Shown: positions 27,313-35,759 of the stretch, piece by piece | Numbering within the stretch: the first letter of the stretch is position 1 | Layout: every line of letters starts with the position of its first letter | Assembly: GCA_046330305.1 (NCBI GenBank) | Contig: JAXLTA010000009.1 | Coordinates: forward strand, 7,349-71,348 | Origin: Solirubrobacterales bacterium | GTDB taxonomy: Bacteria > Actinomycetota > Thermoleophilia > Solirubrobacterales > 70-9 | DNA length: 64,000 nucleotides | Direction of reading: 5' to 3' | Notes under the pieces: model-generated | Database searches by the model: none | What the model was told of the DNA's origin: nothing | The model's input: only the letters and a program-made list of their open reading frames with translations | Made by a program: the position numbers and the translations under genes

Positions 27313-28268
27313 CAGCTTCCCTTCCCGAGCTCGGCGCGAGCCAGCGCGGCGGCGCCGATCATGCCGGCGTCGTTGCCCATCGTCGCCGCCAGCACCGGCG
27401 TCTTGTTCATCGGCTTCAGGGCCCGCTCGCGGACTTCGCGGCGAGCCGGCTCGAGCAGCAGGTCGCCGGCGGCGATCACGCCGCCGCCGATCACGATCGC
27501 GTTCGGCTCGAAGATGTTGGCGTAGCTGGCGCAGGCGACGCCGAGGCGGCCGCCGATCAGCTCGAAGACGCCGATCGCCGTCCTGTCGCCCGCCAGCGCC
27601 GCCTCGGTGACCGCGCGGCCGTCGATCGTCTCGCCGGCCGCCAGCCGCCGTCCGATCTCCGAGTCGGGGTTGCTTTCGGCCGCCGCCAGCCCCTCGCGCC
27701 CGAGCGCGGTGCCGGAGGCGAGCGACTCGACGCAGCCGTGGTTGGGGCAGTTGCCCTGGCAGGGCGGGCCATCGGCCTGGATCACCATGTGGCCGAGCTC
27801 GGCGCCGGCGCCGGTGGCGCCGCGGTAGAGCCGGCCGCCGAGGATCAGGCCGCCGCCGATCCCGGTGCCGATCGTCAGCATCACGATGTTCGGCAGCCCC
27901 TTGGCGGCGCCGAACAGGTACTCGGCGTAGGCGGCGACGTTGGCGTCGTTGTCGACGACGACCGGCAGCCCGACGCGCTCCGCCACCAGGTCGCGCAGCG
28001 GCAGGTCGTTGAGCGGCAGGTTGACGGCGGAGACCGCGATGCCCTTCTCGTGATCGATCGTCGCCGGCACCCCGAGGCCGACCGCGGTGACGCCGGGTCG
28101 CGCCTCGCGGGCCTCGCGCACCTCGCGCACCAGCAGCTCGACCAGCTCGTCTTCGCTCTGGCCGGTCGAGCGCTCGCGGCTCTCCCACAGCGACTCGGTC
28201 CCCGCGAGCACCCCGACCAGCATCTTCGTGCCGCCGAGATCGACGCCGATCGTCTCGGCGGAACTCAC
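27312..28268 (-). CDS. ROK-family glucokinase
   Basis: The GTG start (complement of 28266..28268) gives VSSAETIGVDLGGTKMLVG. Other motifs are VVVDNDANVAAYAE, GTGIGGGLILGG and the zinc motif GHMVIQADGPPCQGNCPNHGC. Its stop overlaps the rsmI ATG by 1 nt. Confidence 0.88.
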   Translation of the reverse strand: MSSAETIGVDLGGTKMLVGVLAGTESLWESRERSTGQSEDELVELLVREVREAREARPGVTAVGLGVPATIDHEKGIAVSAVNLPLNDLPLRDLVAERVGLPVVVDNDANVAAYAEYLFGAAKGLPNIVMLTIGTGIGGGLILGGRLYRGATGAGAELGHMVIQADGPPCQGNCPNHGCVESLASGTALGREGLAAAESNPDSEIGRRLAAGETIDGRAVTEAALAGDRTAIGVFELIGGRLGVACASYANIFEPNAIVIGGGVIAAGDLLLEPARREVRERALKPMNKTPVLAATMGNDAGMIGAAALARAELGKGS

Positions 28269-28310
28269 GGGCAGCAAGAGGTTTTTAGGCGGGCGACCGA
28301 GTACATCGCC

Positions 28311-29570
28311 ATGATTTCTAGCCCTTTTATGGCAGGAGATGATCCACAGCGACCGGACGAGTCGCCCGAATACAACGTCTACCGCTCGCGGCGGGGCGGC
28401 CTCTCGCGGCTGCGCAAGCCCGACCTCGGCGGCCTCAAGGACCGCGCGAAGCTGCCTGGAAAGCGGCCTGGCGAGGAGAAGCCGCGGCGCACGCGCGACC
28501 GCCGCGAGCGCCGGCGCGGGACGCCGCGGCCGGGTTGGAAGCGCGGCCTGAAATGGGTCGGCATCGCGATTCTGGGATGGATCTTGCTCAGCTTCCTCGC
28601 CTTCGCGGTCTCCGCTCAGCTGCAGTCGTTCAAGCTCTCGGGGGAAGCGAAGGACGCGTTGCACGGCAACCCGTTCCTGTTGCCGAGCGCGCAGACCATC
28701 CTGGTGCTCGGCACCGACGCGCGGCCGCCGAACACCAAGGAACCGAACGCGCCGCACCGGAAGGTCTGCTTCGAACAGCAGGAAAAGGGCGAGGCGCCGC
28801 ACGCGCCCTGCTCGCAGGGCGAATACCGCGCCGACACGCTGATGCTGATCCGGGCCGGCGGCGGGACCTTCAACAAACTCTCGATCCCCCGCGACACCTA
28901 CGCCGAAATCCCCGGCTACTCGCCGACCAAAATCAACGCCGCCTTCGCCTACGGCGGCGCCGCGCTGCAGATCAAGACCGTCGAGCAGTTCCTCGGCATC
29001 CACGTCGACCACGTCGCGATCGTCGACTTCACCGGGTTCGAAGACCTGATCGACGCCGTCGGCGGGGTCGAAGTGAACCTGCCGCACAAGCTCTGCGCCG
29101 ACATCGCCGGCGGCGCCGGCCATGGCCAGGGCGGGATCACGCTGCGCCTGCACAAGGGCTGGAACACGCTCGACGGCCAGAAGGCGCTCGCCTACTCGCG
29201 GATCCGCGAGCCCAGCGAATGCCCCGGCCCCGGCAAGAGCGCCTACAGCTTCGCCTACGACGACCGCAACCGCGCCGCCGCCCAGCAGGCGGTGATCAGC
29301 GGCATCAAGGACCGGCTCACCGACCCCCTGCGCCTCCCCTACAACTTCATCAAGGGGCCGATCATCGGCTGGACCGCACCCCAGGCCTTCGTCAGCGACA
29401 TGGGCTTCTTCACGATGCCGCAGCTGGTGCTGGCGGCGGCGATCGGCGGCGAAGCGGCGACCAACGTCCTCTGCAGCCGGCCGAAGGAAGAATGCGGGAT
29501 CGGGCCGGGCGGCTCGATCGAAGTCCCCGACAGCGTCCGTCGCCAGGCCGTCAGGAAGCTGATGGGCTGA
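28311..29570 (+). CDS. LytR-CpsA-Psr (LCP) family cell-envelope phosphotransferase
   Basis: A basic cytoplasmic N-terminus and one TM span (WVGIAILGWILLSFLAFAV) are followed by ILVLGTDAR, RADTLMLIR, SIPRDTY and NAAFAYGG. The ATG at 28311 is in frame within the longer junk ORF. Confidence 0.85.
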   Translation: MISSPFMAGDDPQRPDESPEYNVYRSRRGGLSRLRKPDLGGLKDRAKLPGKRPGEEKPRRTRDRRERRRGTPRPGWKRGLKWVGIAILGWILLSFLAFAVSAQLQSFKLSGEAKDALHGNPFLLPSAQTILVLGTDARPPNTKEPNAPHRKVCFEQQEKGEAPHAPCSQGEYRADTLMLIRAGGGTFNKLSIPRDTYAEIPGYSPTKINAAFAYGGAALQIKTVEQFLGIHVDHVAIVDFTGFEDLIDAVGGVEVNLPHKLCADIAGGAGHGQGGITLRLHKGWNTLDGQKALAYSRIREPSECPGPGKSAYSFAYDDRNRAAAQQAVISGIKDRLTDPLRLPYNFIKGPIIGWTAPQAFVSDMGFFTMPQLVLAAAIGGEAATNVLCSRPKEECGIGPGGSIEVPDSVRRQAVRKLMG

Positions 29571-29602
29571 GCCAGGGCGGCGGGCGGACCTCGCCCGGCG
29601 CC

Positions 29603-29902
29603 TCAGTCGGCGGTGGCGGGTGCCTTCGAGTCGGACTTCGACTCGCTCGACTTCGAATCCGAGGAGCCGGAGTCGGACTTCGACTCAGAGGAGCTCTCGC
29701 CGCCGGCGGCGGAGGCGCCCTTCTTCTTCTTGCCGTAGTCGGTGTTGTAGAAGCCGGAGCCCTTGAAGTGGACCGCGGGCGAATGGAGGACGCGCCGGGC
29801 CGGAGCGCCGCACTCGACGCACTCGGTGAGCGGGTCGTCGCTGATCTTCTGCATCACGTCGAAGACGTGGCCGTTGTCGCACTTGTACTCGTAGATGGGC
29901 AC
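29603..29902 (-). CDS. FmdB-family zinc-ribbon putative regulatory protein
   Basis: MPIYEYKCDNGHVFDVMQKISDDPLTECVECG matches the CxxC...CxxC FmdB signature. The C-terminal tail is Ser/Lys-rich. Confidence 0.85.
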   Translation of the reverse strand: MPIYEYKCDNGHVFDVMQKISDDPLTECVECGAPARRVLHSPAVHFKGSGFYNTDYGKKKKGASAAGGESSSESKSDSGSSDSKSSESKSDSKAPATAD

Positions 29903-29937
29903 GGGCGGATGATTATCGCAGCCGCTACGGTTCCGCC

Positions 29938-31329
29938 ATGGCGACGACCGAACCGGGCAGCCCGGCGACCGAGGCGACGATGGAGGAGATCGTCGCGCTC
30001 TGCAAACGCCGCGGCTTCGTCTTTCCCTCCTCGGAGATCTACGGCGGGGTCGGCTCGACCTACGACTTCGGCCATTACGGCGTCCTGCTGAAGGGCAACG
30101 TCAAGGCCGAGTGGTGGCGGTCGATGCTGCAGGACCGCGACGACATCGTCGCCCTCGACTCGGCGATCATCCAGAACCCGCGCGTCTGGGAGGCGTCCGG
30201 GCACCTCGAGGGCTTCACCGACCCGCTCGTCCAGTGCCTCGGCAAGTGCAAGAAGCGCTGGCGCGAGGACCACCTGCGCGAGGACCTCGAACGCGAGGGC
30301 AAGGACCCCGACGGGCCGCTTCTCTGCCCCGAGTGCGGCGGCGAGCTCTCCGAGCCGCGCCAGTTCAACCTGATGTTCGAGACCCACGTCGGGCCGGTCG
30401 CCGACGCCGGCTCGACGGTCTACCTGCGACCCGAGACGGCGCAGGGCATCTTCATCAACTTCAAGAACGTGCTCAACTTCGCCCGCAAGAAGCCGCCTTT
30501 CGGGATCGCCCAGATCGGCAAGTCCTTCCGCAACGAGATCACCCCCGGCAACTTCATCTTCCGCACCCGCGAGTTCGAGCAGATGGAGATGGAGTTCTTC
30601 GTGCCGCCGGCGGAGGCCGAGCGCTGGTACCGCGAGTGGATCGAGCTGCGCGAGTCCTGGTACACCGAGCTCGGCATCCGCCCGAGCCACCTGCGCGTCC
30701 GCGCCCACGAGTCGCACGAGCTCTCCCATTACTCGTCGGGCACCAGCGACGTCGAGTACCTCTTCCCGATCGGCTGGTCGGAGCTGGAGGGGATCGCCAA
30801 CCGCGGCGACTTCGACCTCACCCAGCACGCCCGCTTCTCCGGCGAGAAGCTCGAGTACTTCGACCAGCAGACCAAAGAGCGCTACGTGCCGCACGTGATC
30901 GAGCCGGCCGCCGGCGCCGACCGCGCCACGCTCGCCTTCCTCGTCGACAGCTACGAGGTGGAGGAGGTCGAGGGCCGCCAGCGCACCGTCCTGCGCCTCC
31001 ACCCGCGCCTCGCGCCGGTCAAGGTCGCGGTGCTGCCGCTGGTCTCCAAGGAGGGGATGCCGGAGAAGGCGCGCGAGATCTTCGGGGTGCTGCGGCGGCG
31101 GATGAGCGCCGAGTTCGACGAGGGCGGCTCGATCGGCAAGCGCTACCGCCGCCAGGACGAGATCGGCACCCCGTGGGGGATCACCGTCGACCACCAGACG
31201 ATGGAGGACGACACCGTCACCCTGCGCGACCGCGACTCGCTCGAGCAGGCCCGCGTCCCGATCGAGGGCCTCGCCGAGGACCTCGCCGCCAGGCTGGAGG
31301 CGCCCTGGCGCAGCCCGAAGCTCGGCTAG
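29938..31329 (+). CDS. glyQS: Glycine--tRNA ligase (alpha2 homodimeric type)
   Basis: Contains IVALCKRRGFVFPSSEIYGG, LRPETAQGIF, FRNEITPGNFIFRTREFEQMEMEFF and IEPAAGADRA. Confidence 0.95.
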   Translation: MATTEPGSPATEATMEEIVALCKRRGFVFPSSEIYGGVGSTYDFGHYGVLLKGNVKAEWWRSMLQDRDDIVALDSAIIQNPRVWEASGHLEGFTDPLVQCLGKCKKRWREDHLREDLEREGKDPDGPLLCPECGGELSEPRQFNLMFETHVGPVADAGSTVYLRPETAQGIFINFKNVLNFARKKPPFGIAQIGKSFRNEITPGNFIFRTREFEQMEMEFFVPPAEAERWYREWIELRESWYTELGIRPSHLRVRAHESHELSHYSSGTSDVEYLFPIGWSELEGIANRGDFDLTQHARFSGEKLEYFDQQTKERYVPHVIEPAAGADRATLAFLVDSYEVEEVEGRQRTVLRLHPRLAPVKVAVLPLVSKEGMPEKAREIFGVLRRRMSAEFDEGGSIGKRYRRQDEIGTPWGITVDHQTMEDDTVTLRDRDSLEQARVPIEGLAEDLAARLEAPWRSPKLG

Positions 31330-31447
31330 CCGCGGCTGGGCCGCCCGCTTCACCGCCTCAAGTTCGCGTCCGCACGGCCGATGATGCTGGTCAGCGCCGC
31401 CCGCACCTGGGCAGGACGCATCACTACTGAAAGGGAGAGCCATCGCG

Positions 31448-31906
31448 ATGGCCTACGAGATGAAAATCCGCGGTACCGAGGACGAGGTCAAGGTACGCAG
31501 CATCTGGGCCGTGGCCCTGCTGCCGATCGTCACCCTCGGGATCTACCACCTCGTCTGGTGGTACAAGATCAATAAGGAGCTGAAGGGGTTCGGCGAGGCC
31601 AAGGGCTACGACCTCGGCCAGAACCCGACCAACTCGGTCCTGGCACTGTTCCCGGGCGGGCTGATCATCGTGCCGGCGCTGATCACCTACTGGCGGGGGA
31701 CGAAGCGGATCATGGGGGCGGCGAAAATCGCCGGCCGCGAGCCGGTCAGCGGCTGGATCTCGGTGATCCTCTACCTGCTGCTCGCGCCCGCCTTCTGGGC
31801 CTACCTGCAGAACTCGCTCAACCACATCTGGGCGCAGGAAGCAGAGCCGCTCCCCGGCCACGAGGCGCCGCCGGTCAGCGAGGAGATGCCGCCGAAACTC
31901 GGCTGA
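31448..31906 (+). CDS. DUF4234-like small membrane protein
   Basis: TLGIYHLVWWYKINKELKGF is characteristic of DUF4234. Three hydrophobic spans. Confidence 0.65.
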   Translation: MAYEMKIRGTEDEVKVRSIWAVALLPIVTLGIYHLVWWYKINKELKGFGEAKGYDLGQNPTNSVLALFPGGLIIVPALITYWRGTKRIMGAAKIAGREPVSGWISVILYLLLAPAFWAYLQNSLNHIWAQEAEPLPGHEAPPVSEEMPPKLG

Positions 31907-31952
31907 GCGCCGGTCGCGGGCTGCCGCTCCGGTCGGGGCCGACCCACGTCGC

Positions 31953-32996
31953 CTAGGGACGGGGGTCGGTGAAGAAGGCCTCGACCGCGGCGGCTTCGCG
32001 CCCGAGCGCCGCGGCAGCCCGCTTCGGCACCTCCTCGAGGTACTCGATCGCGACCCGGCCGCGCTGCAGGCGCCAGGTGGCGACGGCGCGGCCGCGGACC
32101 AGCGCGAAGGGGCGGAAGAGGCCGTTGTCGCTGACCAGCAGCCGGTGAGGACCGACGATCTCCTCGCGCGAGGTCCAGCCGAGCAGCAGCGGGTCAAAGG
32201 CGCCGAGCAGCAGCGGCGGCGGCAGGGCGGGCGCCCGGTCGGGCGCCTGGGCCGCGAGCTGGAGGAGGCCGTCCTCGCGCCGGCGCAGCTCGGCGGCGAT
32301 CGCCTCGAGCCCTGCCCGCGCATCGCGCAGCGGCAAGCCCGCCCAGCGGGCGAGGTCGCGGTCCGTCGCCGGGCCGTGGCCGACCAGGTAGCGGCGCGCC
32401 AGCTGGGCGAGGGCGGCCGCCCGGTCGGGCGGGCGGGGGGCGCCGAGCCACTCGCGGACGAGGACGTAGGCGTGCTCGCCGCCGAGCATCGGTCCGCGCA
32501 CGATCAGGCCGCGGATCGCAGCGAGGAAGAGCAGGTGGACCAGCGCCTGGCCGCCGGTGGGGATGCCGGCGGCCTCGAGCCGCGAGCGGAGCTGGGCACG
32601 GGTCAGCGGCCCGGCGGCGTCAAGCGCGCACTCGATCACCTCCATCGCGCGCCCGGCCTGCTCCTCGCTGACTCCCTCCTGGCGCAGCCGGCGGGCCGAG
32701 GAGCTGAACAGAGGCGGCGTGGTCAACAGCTGCAGGAACGGATAGTCGGCGCTGCGGACGAGGTGCAGGGTGCCGCGGTTCAGCCAGGTGATGATCAGCT
32801 CCCGCTCGTCCAGTGCCCGGTCGACGTCGACGGCGAGCAGGCGGTCGCCGCGGGCGCGGATCGCGAGCCGCGCGCCGCGCGGGTCCTGCGCCTGGACCGC
32901 CAGCAGGCGGTTGACGACCGCCACCGGGCTGGCTCCCCGCGTCTCTCCCAGTCCCTGGGCGGCGATCCGTTCGGCCAGCACTGCGGGCGCGCTCAT
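31953..32996 (-). CDS. Winged-helix DNA-binding domain protein of the HTH_42/AlkZ-YcaQ-like family (putative DNA glycosylase)
   Basis: The N-terminus RIAAQGLGE...VVNRLLAVQAQDPRGARLAIRAR...ELIITWLNRGTLHLV matches the family signature as I remember it. Confidence 0.8.
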   Translation of the reverse strand: MSAPAVLAERIAAQGLGETRGASPVAVVNRLLAVQAQDPRGARLAIRARGDRLLAVDVDRALDERELIITWLNRGTLHLVRSADYPFLQLLTTPPLFSSSARRLRQEGVSEEQAGRAMEVIECALDAAGPLTRAQLRSRLEAAGIPTGGQALVHLLFLAAIRGLIVRGPMLGGEHAYVLVREWLGAPRPPDRAAALAQLARRYLVGHGPATDRDLARWAGLPLRDARAGLEAIAAELRRREDGLLQLAAQAPDRAPALPPPLLLGAFDPLLLGWTSREEIVGPHRLLVSDNGLFRPFALVRGRAVATWRLQRGRVAIEYLEEVPKRAAAALGREAAAVEAFFTDPRP

Positions 32997-33038
32997 CGGA
33001 GCGATGATCGCCGATCCGGGGGCTCCCGTCCCCGGCGC

Positions 33039-33818
33039 TCAGCCGTAGATCGCGTACAGCTCGGGAAGCAGCGCCGCCAGGTTGGCGTACTCCTCCGCGC
33101 AGTGGCGCGCGAGCGCCCGCTCGAGGCCGCGGGGCAGAGCCGCGTCGCGGACGCGTCGGCGGTTGAGCAGCCGCGCGAGCGGGCCGGCGAGCGGCGCCGG
33201 CAGATAGGGCCGAATCGCGGCGCCGAGCCAGAAGTGGCTGCGCAGGCGGAGGCCGTCGCCGTCGCGCAGGAAGACGTGGACCATGAGCGAGTGCTGGGTG
33301 CGGCGACGGTCGTCACCGACCAGGCCGCCGACGACCGTCGCCACCTCCCGCTCGTCGAGGGCGTCGGTCGAGAAACCGAGCCGGCTCGGCGGCTGGAAGG
33401 CGATCCGGGCGTGGACCGTGCCGGTGCCGACGTCCTCGACCGGGTGGTGCACCGCGCCCCAGTGAGCTTTGCGCCCCGGCGCGCGAGGCGGCTCGAGCGA
33501 GTTGTCGCGGTGCGCGAGCGGGTGCCAGACCCGGTAGCGGAGCGCCTCGCGCGGATGCCAGTCAAACCACCAGTCGACCATCTCGCCGTTGACGCCCGGC
33601 ATCGGGGTGGCCACTGCGACGAAGCGGACGCCGCCGGGCAGGGTGCACCACCCGGTCTCGAGCGGCAGCGGCGCCGGATCGAGCAGGCGGTCGAGATCGC
33701 TCGGGCGCAGCGCCGTCGCCGGGTCGGCGGGACCACGCTCGACCGCCGCCAGCACCGCCGGGTCGGCGGCCGCCAGCGGCCGCTCGAGGTAGGCGGCGAG
33801 CCCCGGCGTGCCGCTCAC
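33039..33818 (-). CDS. Hypothetical hydrolase, possibly DAPG-hydrolase (PhlG)-like
   Basis: Clean ORF with native codon bias. The segment GEMVDWWFDWHPREALRYRVWHPLAH resembles my recollection of PhlG-family proteins. The family assignment is tentative. The GTG start overlaps the stop of the upstream gene (GTGA). Confidence 0.6.
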   Translation of the reverse strand: MSGTPGLAAYLERPLAAADPAVLAAVERGPADPATALRPSDLDRLLDPAPLPLETGWCTLPGGVRFVAVATPMPGVNGEMVDWWFDWHPREALRYRVWHPLAHRDNSLEPPRAPGRKAHWGAVHHPVEDVGTGTVHARIAFQPPSRLGFSTDALDEREVATVVGGLVGDDRRRTQHSLMVHVFLRDGDGLRLRSHFWLGAAIRPYLPAPLAGPLARLLNRRRVRDAALPRGLERALARHCAEEYANLAALLPELYAIYG

Positions 33819-35131
33819 AGCCGGCCCATCCAGGGATGGAAGAGGCCGCCCGGGTCATACGCGGCCCGCACCGCGTCGAGCTTCGCCATGCTGGCGTCGG
33901 TGGCGAAGCGCGCCGGCCGGCGCCCGAGGTTCTCGTCGGCGAGCTGGATGCCGCTGGCGAGCCCCTCCATCTCCCGCATTCGCCGCTCCACCCAATCGAC
34001 GTGCTCGGCGTCACGCCCGGCATCGCGCCAAATCCCGTAGAGGGCGATGTAGGTCTCGTCCTCGACGCTGTAGGCCATCTCCGGCCGCGGCGGGCTCTCA
34101 CCCCAGTTCATCCACAGCATGTGGGAGGGAGCCTCGGGCAGCGTCGCGGCGATGTGCCGCAGGCCCGGCAGCAGGTCCTCGACCGGCGCGTGCGTCCACA
34201 TGTTGTCGACGGCGTAGCGGTGCGCGTCGGGATAGGACTCGTGGACCGCGGCGTACAGATCGTCCAACGTGACCTCGACATTCGGCACCACCAGCCTTGC
34301 CCGGCTCTGGTCGGGGGCGGTGGCTAGGAATGAGAGCGCCTCGGCCGCCTCCGCGGCGCTGCCGACCAGGGCCGGCGCGGTCACCGCGACCTCGGGCTCG
34401 CCCTCGAGGTCGCGGTGGACGATCACCATCAGCTCGACCGCCCGCGGCACCCGCGGACCGACCTCGTGCGCCCAGCGGAAGACGTCCTCGAGCATCTCGA
34501 TCGGGTAGAGCAGGACCCCGTTGGCGATGTGGCGTGGGAGCGGCTGCAGGCGCAGGTGGAAGCGGACGACGGCGCCGAAGAAGCCGGGACCGGCGCCGCG
34601 GGCCGCCCAGAAGAGATCGGGCTCGCAGGTCTCGTCGGCGCGGAGCAGGTCGCCGGCGGCGGTGACGACGTCGATCGCCTCGACGCTCAGGCAGGCAGGG
34701 CCGTGGACGCGGCCGTTCCAGCCGAAGCCGCCCTGCAGCAGGTAGCCGCCGAGACAGACGCCCTGGCAGTGGCCGGCGGGGAAGAAGAGGCCGTGCTCGG
34801 CCAGCGCCGCCAGCGTCTCGTTGCCGCGGGCGCCGGGGCCGACGACCGCGGTCATCGCCCCGGGATCGATCGCCACCTCGTCGAGGCGCGAGAGGTCGAG
34901 CAGCAGGCCACCGTCGCGCAGATGGTTGGCGGCCCAGCTGTGGCCGCCCGAGCGCACCCCGATTCGCATCCCGGCCTCCCGCGCCAGTCGCACCGCCGCG
35001 ATCACGTCGGCCTCGCTCTCGGCCAGCGCGATCGCGTCCGGGTAGCGCGCCGGGGTGCGCGCGTTCCAGACCGCGGCGCGCCGCGCCTGCTCGTACCCGT
35101 CCTCCCCGCGCCGCAGCAGCTTGCCGGTCAT
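33815..35131 (-). CDS. FAD-linked oxidase (FAD_binding_4 / berberine-bridge-like C-terminus)
   Basis: Contains VIAAVRLAREAGMRIGVRSGGHSW and PAGHCQGVCLGGYLLQGGFGWNG. The C-terminus reads KLDAVRAAYDPGGLFHPW. Confidence 0.88.
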   Translation of the reverse strand: MTGKLLRRGEDGYEQARRAAVWNARTPARYPDAIALAESEADVIAAVRLAREAGMRIGVRSGGHSWAANHLRDGGLLLDLSRLDEVAIDPGAMTAVVGPGARGNETLAALAEHGLFFPAGHCQGVCLGGYLLQGGFGWNGRVHGPACLSVEAIDVVTAAGDLLRADETCEPDLFWAARGAGPGFFGAVVRFHLRLQPLPRHIANGVLLYPIEMLEDVFRWAHEVGPRVPRAVELMVIVHRDLEGEPEVAVTAPALVGSAAEAAEALSFLATAPDQSRARLVVPNVEVTLDDLYAAVHESYPDAHRYAVDNMWTHAPVEDLLPGLRHIAATLPEAPSHMLWMNWGESPPRPEMAYSVEDETYIALYGIWRDAGRDAEHVDWVERRMREMEGLASGIQLADENLGRRPARFATDASMAKLDAVRAAYDPGGLFHPWMGRL

Positions 35132-35137
35132 CTCGTC

Positions 35138-35161
35138 GTGAAACTATAGCTGTAGTTTCAC
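35138..35161. promoter_or_regulatory. AT-rich palindrome GTGAAACTA-N6-TAGTTTCAC overlapping the -10 box (candidate operator)
   Basis: Perfect 9-bp arms. It stands out as an AT-rich island in GC-rich DNA and lies 7 nt upstream of the start codon. Confidence 0.4.
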
Positions 35162-35171
35162 TGCCCTTCAA
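35143..35171 (-). promoter_or_regulatory. Near-consensus sigma-70-type promoter for the FAD-oxidase operon
   Basis: The minus strand reads TTGAAG-17 nt-TATAGT. The -10 hexamer ends 11 nt before the ATG, so the transcript would be leaderless or nearly so. Confidence 0.45.
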
Positions 35172-35228
35172 GGCAGGCAAACGCGAACCGCCCCGGGGGG
35201 CGGGTGGGAGCGAGGACTGGGCGGGGCC

Positions 35229-35594
35229 TCAGCCCCTGCCGGTGAGCAGGTTCCAGAAGCGGCGCAGGGCGCCCGGCGGGCGCTCGCCGGCGACGTCGTC
35301 GGGTGAGACGTTCAGAGCGCCCGGGTTCTCCCCGGGCTTGCCGAGCCGCGCCGCTTCGGCGGCGTCGATCTTGAGGATCACGCCGCGTTCGTAGATCTCC
35401 CCCACCTCCGGGGCGTCGACGAAGAGGTTGCCACCGGGCCCGACGCGGGCGCTGAAGACGATGCCGTCGAAGATGTCGTCCTTGGCGTCGGTGCGCACGT
35501 TGACGACGTGGCCGACCTGCTCGCCGTCGCTGGAGTAGACGGGGACGCCCTTGCCGACGACGAGGTAGGAGCTGCGCTGGCCGAGGTCGTCCAT
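35229..35594 (-). CDS. PRC-barrel-like (DUF2171-type) small protein
   Basis: VVGKGVPVYSSDGEQVGHVVNV...IFDGIVF fits the PRC-barrel pattern. The family name is from memory. Confidence 0.6.
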   Translation of the reverse strand: MDDLGQRSSYLVVGKGVPVYSSDGEQVGHVVNVRTDAKDDIFDGIVFSARVGPGGNLFVDAPEVGEIYERGVILKIDAAEAARLGKPGENPGALNVSPDDVAGERPPGALRRFWNLLTGRG

Positions 35595-35759
35595 CCCGCC
35601 AGCCTAGATGATTGATTCCGGCGATCAGGGCGTCGTTGATGACTCGCCCTGGCGGGGAATCGGTCCTCCAGCCGAGCCCTCGCGCCCCGGGCCGCGCCCC
35701 GGCCGCGGTCGGTTACGCTGCCGCCGGGGGGGCGAGACCGGCGAACGAACGGAGGGGAG

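Noticed and set aside
35145-35151. TATAGCT motif shared between the FAD-oxidase promoter (35145..35151) and the PucR/desaturase divergent region (51812..51818), as a common operator
   Set aside because: Only about 7-9 nt are shared, and the flanking symmetry differs (an inverted repeat at 35.1 kb and a direct TACAAA repeat at 51.8 kb). In AT-rich promoter islands such a match is expected by chance.
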